This document shows, one piece after another, positions 27,782-37,774 of a stretch of DNA of 64,000 nt. The position numbers were made by a program, and so were the translations under genes. The first letter of the stretch is position 1. Each line of letters starts with the position of its first letter. The DNA is from a virus. The stretch is from positions 16,710 through 80,709 of the IMG/VR virus record IMGVR_UViG_3300022689_000116; one strand, written 5' to 3'. A model generated the notes under the pieces. It did not search any database and had not been told where the DNA came from. It saw nothing but the letters and a program-made list of their open reading frames with translations.

Positions 27782-29068
27782 TTAATAAATCTTTAATTTA
27801 TCAATATCATCTTTATCGAACTTCTTAACAAATGTATTATAAGCTTTGTAACGATCATTATAGTTATCATCATCCTTTGTATTAAGTAATGATAGATTAA
27901 TGATATTTACGTTACTGTTAAATATTAGTTTACTTCTTTTATTAAGTTCTAAATAAGATAAACATTTTGGAGATGTATATATTAATCCATCAATATCTTC
28001 AATAGAAGTATCTTTAACAAGACTATTAGTAATACAAATACATCTAATATCGTGATTATTAAAAGCTCTTATATAAGTAGAGTTTACAGTTTTTGAACCA
28101 TGACCTTTAGGCTGACCCTTTTTAGCACCAGATTTATAAAGTATAAGATTTCCATCATCATCAGAAAGATAAACGTTCTTATGATCATTGTGGATAGCGT
28201 TACAAATATCACCTTTCTTATTTAAAAAGTTAGAAATATCATCAGCCATCTTACTATTCTTACAAACAATAACAAATCTTCTAGTTTTAAGATAAGAAAC
28301 AATACTATTAACGGTTAGAATTTTAACAAAATGTTCATCAAGGTAATGATTACGCATAGCAATGAGATCATGATACATCTTAGCTTTCTCATAAATAGCA
28401 TTAGGATTAAAACCCTCTGATAAATCTTTATAATATTGAATACTAACATCTAAATTTTCATTCCAACCTGAAGCTTTAGCAAATTCTCTACGAAAATTGT
28501 CCGCAGTAATACCACTTTGCATATCACCCCTGTAACATTTAACAATAGTATCAAAATCACCATTAAACATTTCAAAAATATCTTTCATTTTATTAGTAAT
28601 TTCTTCATACTTTGCAAATTCATTATTTGAAAGTTCAATAGATAAATGTATTTCATTATGTTTACTATCTATAGATCGTTTACTTTTAATAGCATCCGAT
28701 GTAAGACGTGGAAACTTATCCAAATCATTATCATAGTTAAACTTAGAAACTGTAGCAAACATATATTTGAATACAATCCTCATTAAAACCAGATTTATAA
28801 CATTATCTGCAATATCTCCAGCATCAATTATGATTAAAACATCAACTATACGTTTGTCCATAGTAACTTGATCAGCGGAATGTACAGGATATGAAAACTT
28901 TTTAGAATAATATTCTACCATTTTAGTCTTTGCTACAACTATTATCTTTAAGTTTGCACTTAATAGACCTGAAATAAGCCTAGATAAAATAGCATCATTA
29001 TCTTCACGATCTTCATATTTATATACACCTTTTCCACCGACATATTTCCAATTTTTTAATATGTCCAT
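27782..29068 (-). CDS. SF2 helicase-like protein with degenerate motifs
   Basis: Two RecA-like halves (VLIIIDAGD, AIHND, CITNSLVKDTSIEDIDGLI). It has no intact GKT or DExH motif. Confidence 0.6.
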   Translation of the reverse strand: MDILKNWKYVGGKGVYKYEDREDNDAILSRLISGLLSANLKIIVVAKTKMVEYYSKKFSYPVHSADQVTMDKRIVDVLIIIDAGDIADNVINLVLMRIVFKYMFATVSKFNYDNDLDKFPRLTSDAIKSKRSIDSKHNEIHLSIELSNNEFAKYEEITNKMKDIFEMFNGDFDTIVKCYRGDMQSGITADNFRREFAKASGWNENLDVSIQYYKDLSEGFNPNAIYEKAKMYHDLIAMRNHYLDEHFVKILTVNSIVSYLKTRRFVIVCKNSKMADDISNFLNKKGDICNAIHNDHKNVYLSDDDGNLILYKSGAKKGQPKGHGSKTVNSTYIRAFNNHDIRCICITNSLVKDTSIEDIDGLIYTSPKCLSYLELNKRSKLIFNSNVNIINLSLLNTKDDDNYNDRYKAYNTFVKKFDKDDIDKLKIY

Positions 29069-29124
29069 AATTATTAATTTTAATATTTAAATGATTATTA
29101 GTAATAATATTACTCATTGTAAGG

Positions 29125-29189
29125 TTTCCCGGTAGGATTAGAAAGTGATGTACGCTGACTGTCGCATACTTTCTATCTCTACAGGGAAA
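29125..29189. repeat. Imperfect inverted repeat made of two copies of the dispersed 22-bp motif
   Basis: TTTCCCGGTAGGATTAGAAAGT-N21-ACTTTCTATCTCTACAGGGAAA, 18/22 complementary. Confidence 0.85.
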
Positions 29190-29195
29190 TTGATC

Positions 29196-31292
29196 TTAAT
29201 CAAACAGGGAAGGTTGATTCAATTCATTACGAATACGTTTCTTAGAACCAGCCTTACGCTTAACATTAGTTTCTATTTGATTTATGATTTTATTAGCTTC
29301 TCTTTGATAATATAGGTAATCAATATTATAATCTTCCATATTGTCTTTATGAAAATATCTATTAAATATTGTAACCTTTTGACCAGCACACATATTAGCA
29401 CCATTACCATTAAGATTATTCTTTTTAATTTTAATCAATGAACCACCATTAGTACTGATATAAAACCTAACATTACGTTGAGGATATTCTGTAATAACCT
29501 GACCATTTATAACTCTTATATATTTAAGTGCAAATTCTCTACCAATATTATTAGTAGTACAAAAATCATAAATATCAGTATGTTTACGTAGAGTTTCAGA
29601 TACAGAAATACCATCTTTAAAATAATTTATAATGGCTCTAGCTACAATAGGTTTATCAAAACCTTTTTGTAAATCTTCATAATAAAGCTTATCATGCAAA
29701 GCACTTTTTCGTTTAAGATGTTTTTCTTCATTGTATTCACCTTCATGTTCTTTAACAGCAAAATAAGCATTTACATCTCTACGAACATATAAAGAATAAT
29801 TATTAAATTCAAGATTTAAACTAACATCTTTTTGCCATTGCTCACAAGTCTTATTATAAATCTCTTGTTTATCATTAGGAACCAAACATAATATACCATC
29901 TGTATTAGCAGATATAGTTTTAATACCAATCAATGACAATCTTTCTACCAACATCATTAAAGCAAGTTGTCCATTAATAGTAGTTTGAAAAGTACATTGA
30001 AGGTCATAATAAGGACCGAATTCAAAAGCAAATTTACCATATATAATATTAATTGTATATTTAAGAGTTAAAGCTTTTACATAATCTCCTTCCTGTTTAC
30101 CAGTAATTCTATCATCTGTTATAAATTCAAACAATGTTAAAAAGTATGGGTGCATATGTTTTGGTTTAACCTTATTAGTAATTATAAGACTAGGATAATA
30201 ACTACTAACATCAGCATCAATTATTTTAACATTGTTGGAACTTCTATAGACACCGGGTAAATCAACAGAATGAATCCCTCCAGATTTAATATTATATTCT
30301 GTACCATCAAACACAAAATTAATACTAAGTTCTTTAGTTGTTTTAACAGTTGTATGATATACTTTATCTCTAAGGTCTTTTAATTCTTTAGTTTTAAACT
30401 GAATTTTATCTGATATACAATCTGAAAGTTTAACATGGTTTCTATAAGTTTTAGAACCATAAAAATCTTTGTGACTTATACCAGTTTTATCAAGATAAAA
30501 TTTCTGAAAAATACGATCTCCAATTTTAGCCTGAGAAGCACTATCAACATTAATACCATATTTAGCACCAATCTTAAATCTTAGTTCAATATCATCATGT
30601 AGATAATAAAACAATTCTCCAACACCCAAAACATCATTACGATTATAGATTTTAAGATCAGGAATATATTCTTTAACTAAATATCTATCCCAATCATCTA
30701 TATTAGAAATAAATCTTTCATCATAAAAATGTTTATCAAGGTCGCTTATGGGAGGTAATTCAAAGGTTATAATATCATACCATTTAAGATTAATAAGAGT
30801 CTGCTTTAAAGATTTTCTAACTTTATCCAAAGAAGGTATTTTTTGAACATCTATACTTTTATAGTTAGCATTAAATCTTCTAACATACTTAAACTTGTCT
30901 AAATTCCGAAGTATTTCTTTATCAGTTTCAATGAGTTCTTTACTAAAGTTATATATCTCCATATTAAACTTTTTAATGCTATAATCTTTAGTATAATTCA
31001 TAGCAATAAAATTAAGGAGCATATTATCATAGTCATTATTATTAAAACCAGCAAGATAATTACCGGAAAATGTAAAAGATAAAATCTTAGCAGTATCATC
31101 TTTTTCATAACCTTCTACAGAACTTATTTCAAATATTATATAAGGAATACTTTCAATCAATTTAATAGCTTCAAGTCTGCTAATTTTTTCTACATCTATT
31201 TTTTTACGAATAGCGTGGTAATCTTCATAATCTATAAAGACAGCAGAAAAATAATTTTTAAAAACTTCGCAATCATAAAGATAACATTTCAT
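29196..31292 (-). CDS. polB: Family B DNA polymerase
   Basis: Exonuclease motifs YDCE, GFNNNDYD and YNRNDV. Polymerase motifs DADVSSYYPS, K...NIIYG and NTDG. No intein. Confidence 0.95.
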   Translation of the reverse strand: MKCYLYDCEVFKNYFSAVFIDYEDYHAIRKKIDVEKISRLEAIKLIESIPYIIFEISSVEGYEKDDTAKILSFTFSGNYLAGFNNNDYDNMLLNFIAMNYTKDYSIKKFNMEIYNFSKELIETDKEILRNLDKFKYVRRFNANYKSIDVQKIPSLDKVRKSLKQTLINLKWYDIITFELPPISDLDKHFYDERFISNIDDWDRYLVKEYIPDLKIYNRNDVLGVGELFYYLHDDIELRFKIGAKYGINVDSASQAKIGDRIFQKFYLDKTGISHKDFYGSKTYRNHVKLSDCISDKIQFKTKELKDLRDKVYHTTVKTTKELSINFVFDGTEYNIKSGGIHSVDLPGVYRSSNNVKIIDADVSSYYPSLIITNKVKPKHMHPYFLTLFEFITDDRITGKQEGDYVKALTLKYTINIIYGKFAFEFGPYYDLQCTFQTTINGQLALMMLVERLSLIGIKTISANTDGILCLVPNDKQEIYNKTCEQWQKDVSLNLEFNNYSLYVRRDVNAYFAVKEHEGEYNEEKHLKRKSALHDKLYYEDLQKGFDKPIVARAIINYFKDGISVSETLRKHTDIYDFCTTNNIGREFALKYIRVINGQVITEYPQRNVRFYISTNGGSLIKIKKNNLNGNGANMCAGQKVTIFNRYFHKDNMEDYNIDYLYYQREANKIINQIETNVKRKAGSKKRIRNELNQPSLFD

Positions 31293-31818
31293 AATCTTTT
31301 CTTTTAATATATTTTTTATAAGTTACTTTATTATACATTAAAGAATACAGCTTATAATCTTCTATCTTTATGATCGCCCTTACTAAATCTAAAGTACATA
31401 CATCTTTTATCGGAGTATCTTTATCAATATTTAATTCTTTACATACAAGATTTACATAATTTTTAGAATTGTTTTCAAAAGGAGGAGCATAAACATAGAT
31501 TAGTTCTCTAACTGTACTTTCAGGTTTCAAATAACTTGATCTTCCAGTTTGTTTATAAGTTATATCTTTAACTAAAGCATAATATCCATCTTCAAGTGTT
31601 TTGAAATATCTAAATCCAGACTTTCCAACAGGTCTTAGATTACCAGGATTATTACGTTTTGAGGCTATAGTTTTAAGATCACTTTTATCAACATCGAAAT
31701 TAATTTCAAATCTTTCTTTATCAATAGTTATAATATAATCTTTATCGTAATTCTCATTACAATGTAATTTAGATATAGTACAACTAGAAATCAATAAGAT
31801 AAACATTAATTTTTTCAT
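31273..31818 (-). CDS. Lysozyme-fold (NNPGN-type) protein with N-terminal signal/lipobox
   Basis: RNNPGNLR...F...EDG..A, YAPPFENN...Y, and an N-terminus MKKLMFILLISSC. Confidence 0.7.
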   Translation of the reverse strand: MKKLMFILLISSCTISKLHCNENYDKDYIITIDKERFEINFDVDKSDLKTIASKRNNPGNLRPVGKSGFRYFKTLEDGYYALVKDITYKQTGRSSYLKPESTVRELIYVYAPPFENNSKNYVNLVCKELNIDKDTPIKDVCTLDLVRAIIKIEDYKLYSLMYNKVTYKKYIKRKDYEMLSL

Positions 31819-31832
31819 AATTAGTATTTTGG

Positions 31833-32345
31833 TTAAACATAATTTGCTATTACTTTTTGAATAGCATTAAAATCTATCTTGTTAACCATATTGTTTTTAA
31901 CAAAATAGATAGGATGATGAAAAGGTATTAAAATAAAATTTTTAAAATTATACTTATCATAAAAGCTATAAGTATAAGGAGTAAGATACAAATTAGTAAC
32001 ATCAACACCTAAAGTAAAAATAACTTTAATATTAGATGCTATAGATAAGAACTCTTTATTCTGACTAAGACAAAACTTAGCACTTCGATCAAAATCTGGA
32101 AGATTATTGGTTTTACATCTTATAGCATGACCTTTAATATAATCGTTTTTATAGAGGTTTAAATTAGTTTCAATAATCTTAAAAAATTCAATATATTCAA
32201 TAGTGTTAAAAGGACTATTTAATTTATCTTCTCTATATCTAGTTCTATCAGATAAAAAAAGTATTTTATTGTTCTTATTAACAATATTAAATTTAGCTTG
32301 ATTATTGGTTGTAATACATAGATCACATTTAGTGCATTCTTTCAT
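31833..32345 (-). CDS. Uracil-DNA glycosylase family 4-like protein (degenerate)
   Basis: CTKCDLC, AIRC, FC, IFTLG and FHHP. The usual GEAP motif is replaced by SDRT. Confidence 0.65.
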   Translation of the reverse strand: MKECTKCDLCITTNNQAKFNIVNKNNKILFLSDRTRYREDKLNSPFNTIEYIEFFKIIETNLNLYKNDYIKGHAIRCKTNNLPDFDRSAKFCLSQNKEFLSIASNIKVIFTLGVDVTNLYLTPYTYSFYDKYNFKNFILIPFHHPIYFVKNNMVNKIDFNAIQKVIANYV

Positions 32346-32752
32346 ACTAACAAGTTTATGTTGGTTATATCAAAATCTAATTTCATTATTAAAAATAAAA
32401 TTGTAGAATGATTATCAATAAGTAAATCTTTAGAATCATTTTTCTTAATACGTAAAAATAAATTTACTTTTTTAAGTTTAATTTTTTGAACTTCTTTTAT
32501 AATATTAGTTTTACTCAAAGTCATTATTTTAACATTTTTATCACTAAATTTATAATAACGATTATCTAAAGTTTTTAAAATTAAACAAAGTTCATTAGTT
32601 TCTGAATTTAAACTTATATCGCCATGATTAATATCACCATAGCTATTGTAATCACCTGCAATAGAATAACAAAAATCATATTCTTCTGCACCCATATATC
32701 TAAATGAATCTAAATTATTTATAAATTTACAATCTGTTATTTTAGTTATCAT
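32342..32752 (-). CDS. Hypothetical protein
   Basis: 136 aa, overlapping the next gene by 4 bp. Confidence 0.7.
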   Translation of the reverse strand: MITKITDCKFINNLDSFRYMGAEEYDFCYSIAGDYNSYGDINHGDISLNSETNELCLILKTLDNRYYKFSDKNVKIMTLSKTNIIKEVQKIKLKKVNLFLRIKKNDSKDLLIDNHSTILFLIMKLDFDITNINLLV

Positions 32753-32848
32753 AATTATTAATATTTAGTTTATAATTAGTTCCTCCATCTCTTTCGAAGA
32801 CAGTTTCTTTATCATTTTCATAATAATAAACAATGGAGGATTCTCCAC

Positions 32849-33238
32849 TTATCTGAGCTTATTTCTCAAAGTATCAAGATTAGGAGATTGACTAGTTTTT
32901 ACGCCATTTATAAAAATAGCAAACATATTTTTATTTCTAAGTTTAGCAATCTTTCCATTTTTATTAATAAAAACATACTTTTCAACAACATCTTTATACA
33001 TGAGATCAATGAACTCTTTAAGATATATAATATCTTTTGATTTTTCAACTTCTTTTTTACCAGCTAGAATAGCATATTCACCAGAATAACCTTTACTGAT
33101 TGTCTTAGCTGTTCTTGTTACAAATCCGGTATTACCAACTTTAGATTTTTCACTAACGTTAGTTTTTAGAATTGGAACAATTTTATAACCTGCATGATTA
33201 TAAACAGGTTTACCATACTTTTTATTTTCTACTGCCAT
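32849..33238 (-). CDS. Hypothetical basic protein
   Basis: 129 aa, co-oriented. Confidence 0.7.
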   Translation of the reverse strand: MAVENKKYGKPVYNHAGYKIVPILKTNVSEKSKVGNTGFVTRTAKTISKGYSGEYAILAGKKEVEKSKDIIYLKEFIDLMYKDVVEKYVFINKNGKIAKLRNKNMFAIFINGVKTSQSPNLDTLRNKLR

Positions 33239-33242
33239 AATA

Positions 33243-34664
33243 TTATTTATTTAAAATTATACAACTTTTACTAGCTCTACTAATAGCTACATATATAAGC
33301 TTACTTCTAAGCAAAGGATCATTCATAACTTTTCCACGTTTGTTATAAATAATATCGTTAAGATTAACAAATACATTATTGTAAGTGCTACCTTGAGTTT
33401 TATGAATAGTCAAACCATATCCATAATCTAAATCTTTAGTCAGAATAGGTTTGCCTTGATCATCAAATATAGTACTTGTAAGAAGATTACTATTCTTAAA
33501 CTTATAAAAAGCTTCCCATCTAGCTCGTTTCATATTTCTTGTAGCATTTTTTGCAGCAAGTACAAGATTATTAGCTATAGATAGAAATCTCATTTTATTA
33601 TCTTCATCTGCAATATTGACAATAAACATATAAGGAGTACTTTCACCACCAAAGACTTTTGTAAGTCTAACTATATATCCTTTAATGCCACTTTCATTAA
33701 TATAATATTGCATATCATTGAGAATATAATCTTCAGAGTTTACAATAATAGGACTATTAAATTCATCAAGAATAGTATTATAAGATGTTAAAAGATCATC
33801 CATAATAAGAAAATTATTATCATGACCTTTAAAGATTTTACTACGTATAAATTTATTCCAATGTAAAACGGTATCGTTCTTATACGCAGCAAGTTTAAAA
33901 GCATCTATGTCTTTCTCATAATCTTTGTGGTTAAAACCACGTTCAATCATAAATTTAAACATCTTATCATTGACACTCATATAACCTTTACCATCTTTAA
34001 CTTTATTAGGATTACGAGTTATCAATTTCATAACATTAAAAGTATTATTAATAACATCATCTCTTGCAACTTCAAGTAAATCAGTTAAAGGATTATCTTC
34101 TTCTTGACGCATAATCTGTTTAAGAGTTACTTTATCAGTTGTTTTAAATACATTACTAATATTTTCATTTATAGGAGGTAATTGACAACTATCTCCAACA
34201 AACAGTACTTTAACATTAAATTGATTAGCTTCATTTACAATGTGTTTATGCAAACTAGCATTAATCATAGAGGCTTCATCTATTATGATAAGTTTATATG
34301 CTCCAATAGTAGGTCTGCCAAGTCTAGCAAAACCAATATTATTAACATTAAAATTTTCCATTAGATAATTAGGTCTAAGACCTAGAAGTTTCTGAATAGT
34401 AACACCTTTCTGACCAGTCAAAGTACTTATTACTCTAACAGCTTTGTGTGTAGGTGCAGTTACAGCTATTCCACTACGATAATTACAAGTCTTGATAAAC
34501 TCCTTCATAATAGTTGTTTTACCAGTTCCAGCACTACCTTCTAAGGTAAATACATTAGGTTTTAAACTATTACTCCAATTAAGAAGTTTTTCAAGAGCAA
34601 GTAATTGTTCGTTATTATAATTAAATGTACTAACAGGCTTAAAATCACTCATTATCAAACACAA
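33243..34664 (-). CDS. SF1B helicase (RecD/Dda-like)
   Basis: GSAGTGKT, APTHKA, IDEASM, GDSCQLPP, TIHKTQGSTY and YVAISRA. Confidence 0.95.
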   Translation of the reverse strand: MCLIMSDFKPVSTFNYNNEQLLALEKLLNWSNSLKPNVFTLEGSAGTGKTTIMKEFIKTCNYRSGIAVTAPTHKAVRVISTLTGQKGVTIQKLLGLRPNYLMENFNVNNIGFARLGRPTIGAYKLIIIDEASMINASLHKHIVNEANQFNVKVLFVGDSCQLPPINENISNVFKTTDKVTLKQIMRQEEDNPLTDLLEVARDDVINNTFNVMKLITRNPNKVKDGKGYMSVNDKMFKFMIERGFNHKDYEKDIDAFKLAAYKNDTVLHWNKFIRSKIFKGHDNNFLIMDDLLTSYNTILDEFNSPIIVNSEDYILNDMQYYINESGIKGYIVRLTKVFGGESTPYMFIVNIADEDNKMRFLSIANNLVLAAKNATRNMKRARWEAFYKFKNSNLLTSTIFDDQGKPILTKDLDYGYGLTIHKTQGSTYNNVFVNLNDIIYNKRGKVMNDPLLRSKLIYVAISRASKSCIILNK

Positions 34665-34869
34665 TATTTATTCTACAAAGATATTCTGGCTTTACAAAAA
34701 AACCATCTTCTGTAGCCCATAAAGACATATCTTTATAAGTCAAATTTATATGATTACAAAGCATTGGTTCTTCATCTACTACAGATGTTTTTACAATATA
34801 CTTTCCATCAGGATAAGTTTTAGTACTATCAAACTTTTTTAATATTATTTTTTTATTTTTCATTTTCAA
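34645..34869 (-). CDS. Hypothetical protein
   Basis: 74 aa ORF in a packed operon. Confidence 0.6.
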   Translation of the reverse strand: MKMKNKKIILKKFDSTKTYPDGKYIVKTSVVDEEPMLCNHINLTYKDMSLWATEDGFFVKPEYLCRINIVFDNE

Positions 34870-35212
34870 TAGTTTTTATAAGTTTTTCAATATGGTTAGC
34901 TCTATCTCTAAAAGCCTTTTTAAGTTCTTTAGGAGTTGTAGCTTCTTCTATATTAAAATATGTATGTATATTATCACCTTTGGTACAATAAAAGACATTG
35001 TTCTTTTCAGAAATATTTATACTATATAAACATTTTTCACATTTCACATTTATAGGAATACAAAGAGAACAAGTAGCAACATTACCATAACCAGTAAGAT
35101 TATGTGCTACACTAAATGTACCATCTTCAAACGATTTACATTTAATATCAGCAACTTTAAAATTTCTATAAAGTTTAACTAATTTTTTAGCTTCTTCTAA
35201 ATTTTCAACCAT
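34853..35212 (-). CDS. Cys-rich putative metal-binding protein, paralog of 37775..38192
   Basis: LTGYG...CSLC.....CEKC...C...TY..I..A.TPK.L..A...RA. Confidence 0.7.
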   Translation of the reverse strand: MVENLEEAKKLVKLYRNFKVADIKCKSFEDGTFSVAHNLTGYGNVATCSLCIPINVKCEKCLYSINISEKNNVFYCTKGDNIHTYFNIEEATTPKELKKAFRDRANHIEKLIKTIENEK

Positions 35213-35214
35213 GA

Positions 35215-35580
35215 TTAAAAAGGATTATTAATTTTAATAATAAGTTTAGAAATAACAGTTTCAAACATATGTATAGGACTAATAATAGTCTTATCATCTG
35301 CTACAATAATATCACCATTTTTATCAGCGATATTAGAATAAGCACTATTGATATTATTATTTTTATTAATACATGCAAAACCAGCCCCATAAACACAAGC
35401 TATACTAACATTATGACTGTTAAAGAATTCAAGCCAAATAGGTAATTGATAACTAAAATGAGTATCAAAAAAATTATTTATATCTGGCTTAGGAAAACCA
35501 TCAAATTCTTTATAGAACTTGATGAAATTTTCCATTACTTTGGGATTAGCTTTTAATAGCTCTTTATTAAGATGTAACAT
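35215..35580 (-). CDS. Hypothetical protein
   Basis: 121 aa ORF in a packed operon. Confidence 0.7.
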   Translation of the reverse strand: MLHLNKELLKANPKVMENFIKFYKEFDGFPKPDINNFFDTHFSYQLPIWLEFFNSHNVSIACVYGAGFACINKNNNINSAYSNIADKNGDIIVADDKTIISPIHMFETVISKLIIKINNPF

Positions 35581-35947
35581 AAGCTATATTATTTTTAATA
35601 ATTGCACTCAAAGCTTTACCGGGTTTATATTTCAAATGAGTAGGATAATGACGATCAAAAGGTTTACCTTGTATATATTTAATAAAAGGTTTCTTTTTAC
35701 GATCTTTCACAATGTCATTTTGAATATAACATTCAGTACATCCAACGGTACTAGCTGATTCACTATCAATTTTATAGTCTTTGTTATCAACTGTAAGATA
35801 AGGATAATAATAGTTATTTTCCATGATATATTTTACAATACCACATACCTCAGTTTCATTATTTTTAATAACTAATTCCTTCGTAGATTTTTCTCTAAAT
35901 CTACTAGGAGCTTCTTTACTTTGAGAAATACCAAATTCATTTTTCAT
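35567..35947 (-). CDS. Hypothetical protein
   Basis: 126 aa ORF in a packed operon. Confidence 0.7.
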   Translation of the reverse strand: MKNEFGISQSKEAPSRFREKSTKELVIKNNETEVCGIVKYIMENNYYYPYLTVDNKDYKIDSESASTVGCTECYIQNDIVKDRKKKPFIKYIQGKPFDRHYPTHLKYKPGKALSAIIKNNIAYVTS

Positions 35948-35954
35948 AATATTA

Positions 35955-36215
35955 TTATTTTATATTTTTAAGCATATCATCAAAACTATCTTCTGTTATA
36001 GGTTCTCTTATTATTTCAGATTTATGAATTAGAACGCTATATTTATCATCGCGATAATGATTAATAAATGAAATAATTTTTATACGATGATCTTTATTTA
36101 TTTCATTAAGTTGATTAACAACTTCATCTTTTACTCCAACAACTATCTCAAACATAATTTTAAATTTTAAGTTTATTATACACAAAAGGATTCTTTTTAT
36201 AACTTTTAAATTCAC
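35955..36215 (-). CDS. Hypothetical protein (start probably at internal MFEIV)
   Basis: The internal ATG lies just after the upstream stop. Confidence 0.6.
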   Translation of the reverse strand: MNLKVIKRILLCIINLKFKIMFEIVVGVKDEVVNQLNEINKDHRIKIISFINHYRDDKYSVLIHKSEIIREPITEDSFDDMLKNIK

Positions 36216-36927
36216 TTAAACTCATTGAAGAAATATCATTCATTTTTTCAATCAATTCATTATAACTAAGCTTTAATTTATTATGACCATTTATAGTTAA
36301 CTCAAGGTTACTATCCATAATTTCTAATTCTTCTCTAAGACCTGTTATTAGATCAACTTGAACTTTACGAATTTTATCAATATTTTCTATTTCAGCATCT
36401 TTAGCTTTAATGGTATGCTCAAGTTTATCAATTATAACTTGTTGATCATATCCATCTTTAACTACTAATTGAGCAGTTTCATTACTAATTTTTAATTCTT
36501 TTCTAAGACTAGTTATTAAATTAACTAGAACTTTATATCTTTGATCAATGATTTTTATTTCTTCTTGAAGTTTATAATTATCTTCCATATAAGTATTAAT
36601 TATAGCACACTTATCATCAATAATACGTCTAAGATTATCAATAATAGCATCTTTATCATCTTCGGGATTCTCTTTTTTACCGGGAGGTTGAACATGGATT
36701 ATATCTTCATTTTTACAAGGAGTCTGAGCTTTTAGTTCCTTTAGTTTACTACGAGCTTCTTTAAGTTGTTCTTTAAACTTAAATTGTGTATCTATAATAG
36801 TCTTTTGAGTATAAGGATTATCACCAGTAATTAAATCTCTTTCAGTTATTTTAATACACCTTTTAAGATGTGCTATTTTACTTTCAATATCATGAATAGT
36901 AGTGTTATTTTTATTGTTTTCCATCAC
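36160..36927 (-). CDS. Coiled-coil protein with internal duplication
   Basis: Heptad pattern. KVLVNLITSLRKELKI recurs as KVQVDLITGLREELEI. Confidence 0.7.
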   Translation of the reverse strand: MMENNKNNTTIHDIESKIAHLKRCIKITERDLITGDNPYTQKTIIDTQFKFKEQLKEARSKLKELKAQTPCKNEDIIHVQPPGKKENPEDDKDAIIDNLRRIIDDKCAIINTYMEDNYKLQEEIKIIDQRYKVLVNLITSLRKELKISNETAQLVVKDGYDQQVIIDKLEHTIKAKDAEIENIDKIRKVQVDLITGLREELEIMDSNLELTINGHNKLKLSYNELIEKMNDISSMSLSEFKSYKKNPFVYNKLKI

Positions 36928-37430
36928 TTCGTTTTTAAGTTGTTAATAATAGATTCTTTAATACTGTTAAATCCAGGTTTAACATTTTCAGTAGGATTAA
37001 ATACTTTATCTTTAATACCTTGTTTAACAATATCAACAAATTGTTCTAAAGTTATTGTTTTAAGATAATCAGATTGATCACCAATACTAAAAGTCTCAAC
37101 TTCACCTTCTTTATTGTCAACTACCATAGCATAAATAAGATTAGCTTTAACACCTTTATCAACTACAAAAATATACTGTTCAAGAGTTTTACCCTTAGAG
37201 TAAATGATAATATGATCATAACGAGTATTACCATCAAGACCATCTTCTTCTTGATAATATTCTTCACTGTCCAAACTATCTATTTCACCAAGTTGTAATC
37301 TACACACACTATTGAGTGGTATTTTAACTTGTTTACAAATATTTGTAGCAAGATTACCAGGACTAAAAGGTATAATTAATTTATTAGCTTCTTTGTCAAT
37401 AGTAGTAATATTAATAATTTTTGCTTTCAT
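36924..37430 (-). CDS. Hypothetical protein
   Basis: 168 aa with a 4-bp overlap. Confidence 0.7.
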   Translation of the reverse strand: MKAKIINITTIDKEANKLIIPFSPGNLATNICKQVKIPLNSVCRLQLGEIDSLDSEEYYQEEDGLDGNTRYDHIIIYSKGKTLEQYIFVVDKGVKANLIYAMVVDNKEGEVETFSIGDQSDYLKTITLEQFVDIVKQGIKDKVFNPTENVKPGFNSIKESIINNLKTK

Positions 37431-37473
37431 AATATTATTTGATTAATTGTTATTATTATTTTCAAAAAGTTCA

Positions 37474-37734
37474 TTACATATAAGCTTTTAAATGTTCATT
37501 ATTAGTATCAACTTCTTTAGCTAATCTAAGAAGCTCATCTTTGGCTATAAATAGATTACCAGCAGCATGGACAGCATTACTCATTACATCTGACCACTTA
37601 TAAACTGAAATAAATACACTACCATAACTATTTACTTCTATGGCAACATAATATTTATTAGATGTCATAGCTCGATCTATATCTTCCTTTTGAAGATTAT
37701 CGAGAACTTCTTTTAAATTATTTTCTGTTATCAT
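37474..37734 (-). CDS. Hypothetical protein
   Basis: 86 aa with an AT-rich leader. Confidence 0.65.
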   Translation of the reverse strand: MITENNLKEVLDNLQKEDIDRAMTSNKYYVAIEVNSYGSVFISVYKWSDVMSNAVHAAGNLFIAKDELLRLAKEVDTNNEHLKAYM

Positions 37735-37774
37735 AATATTATTTATTATTTAGTTCATAATTATTAATAATAGT

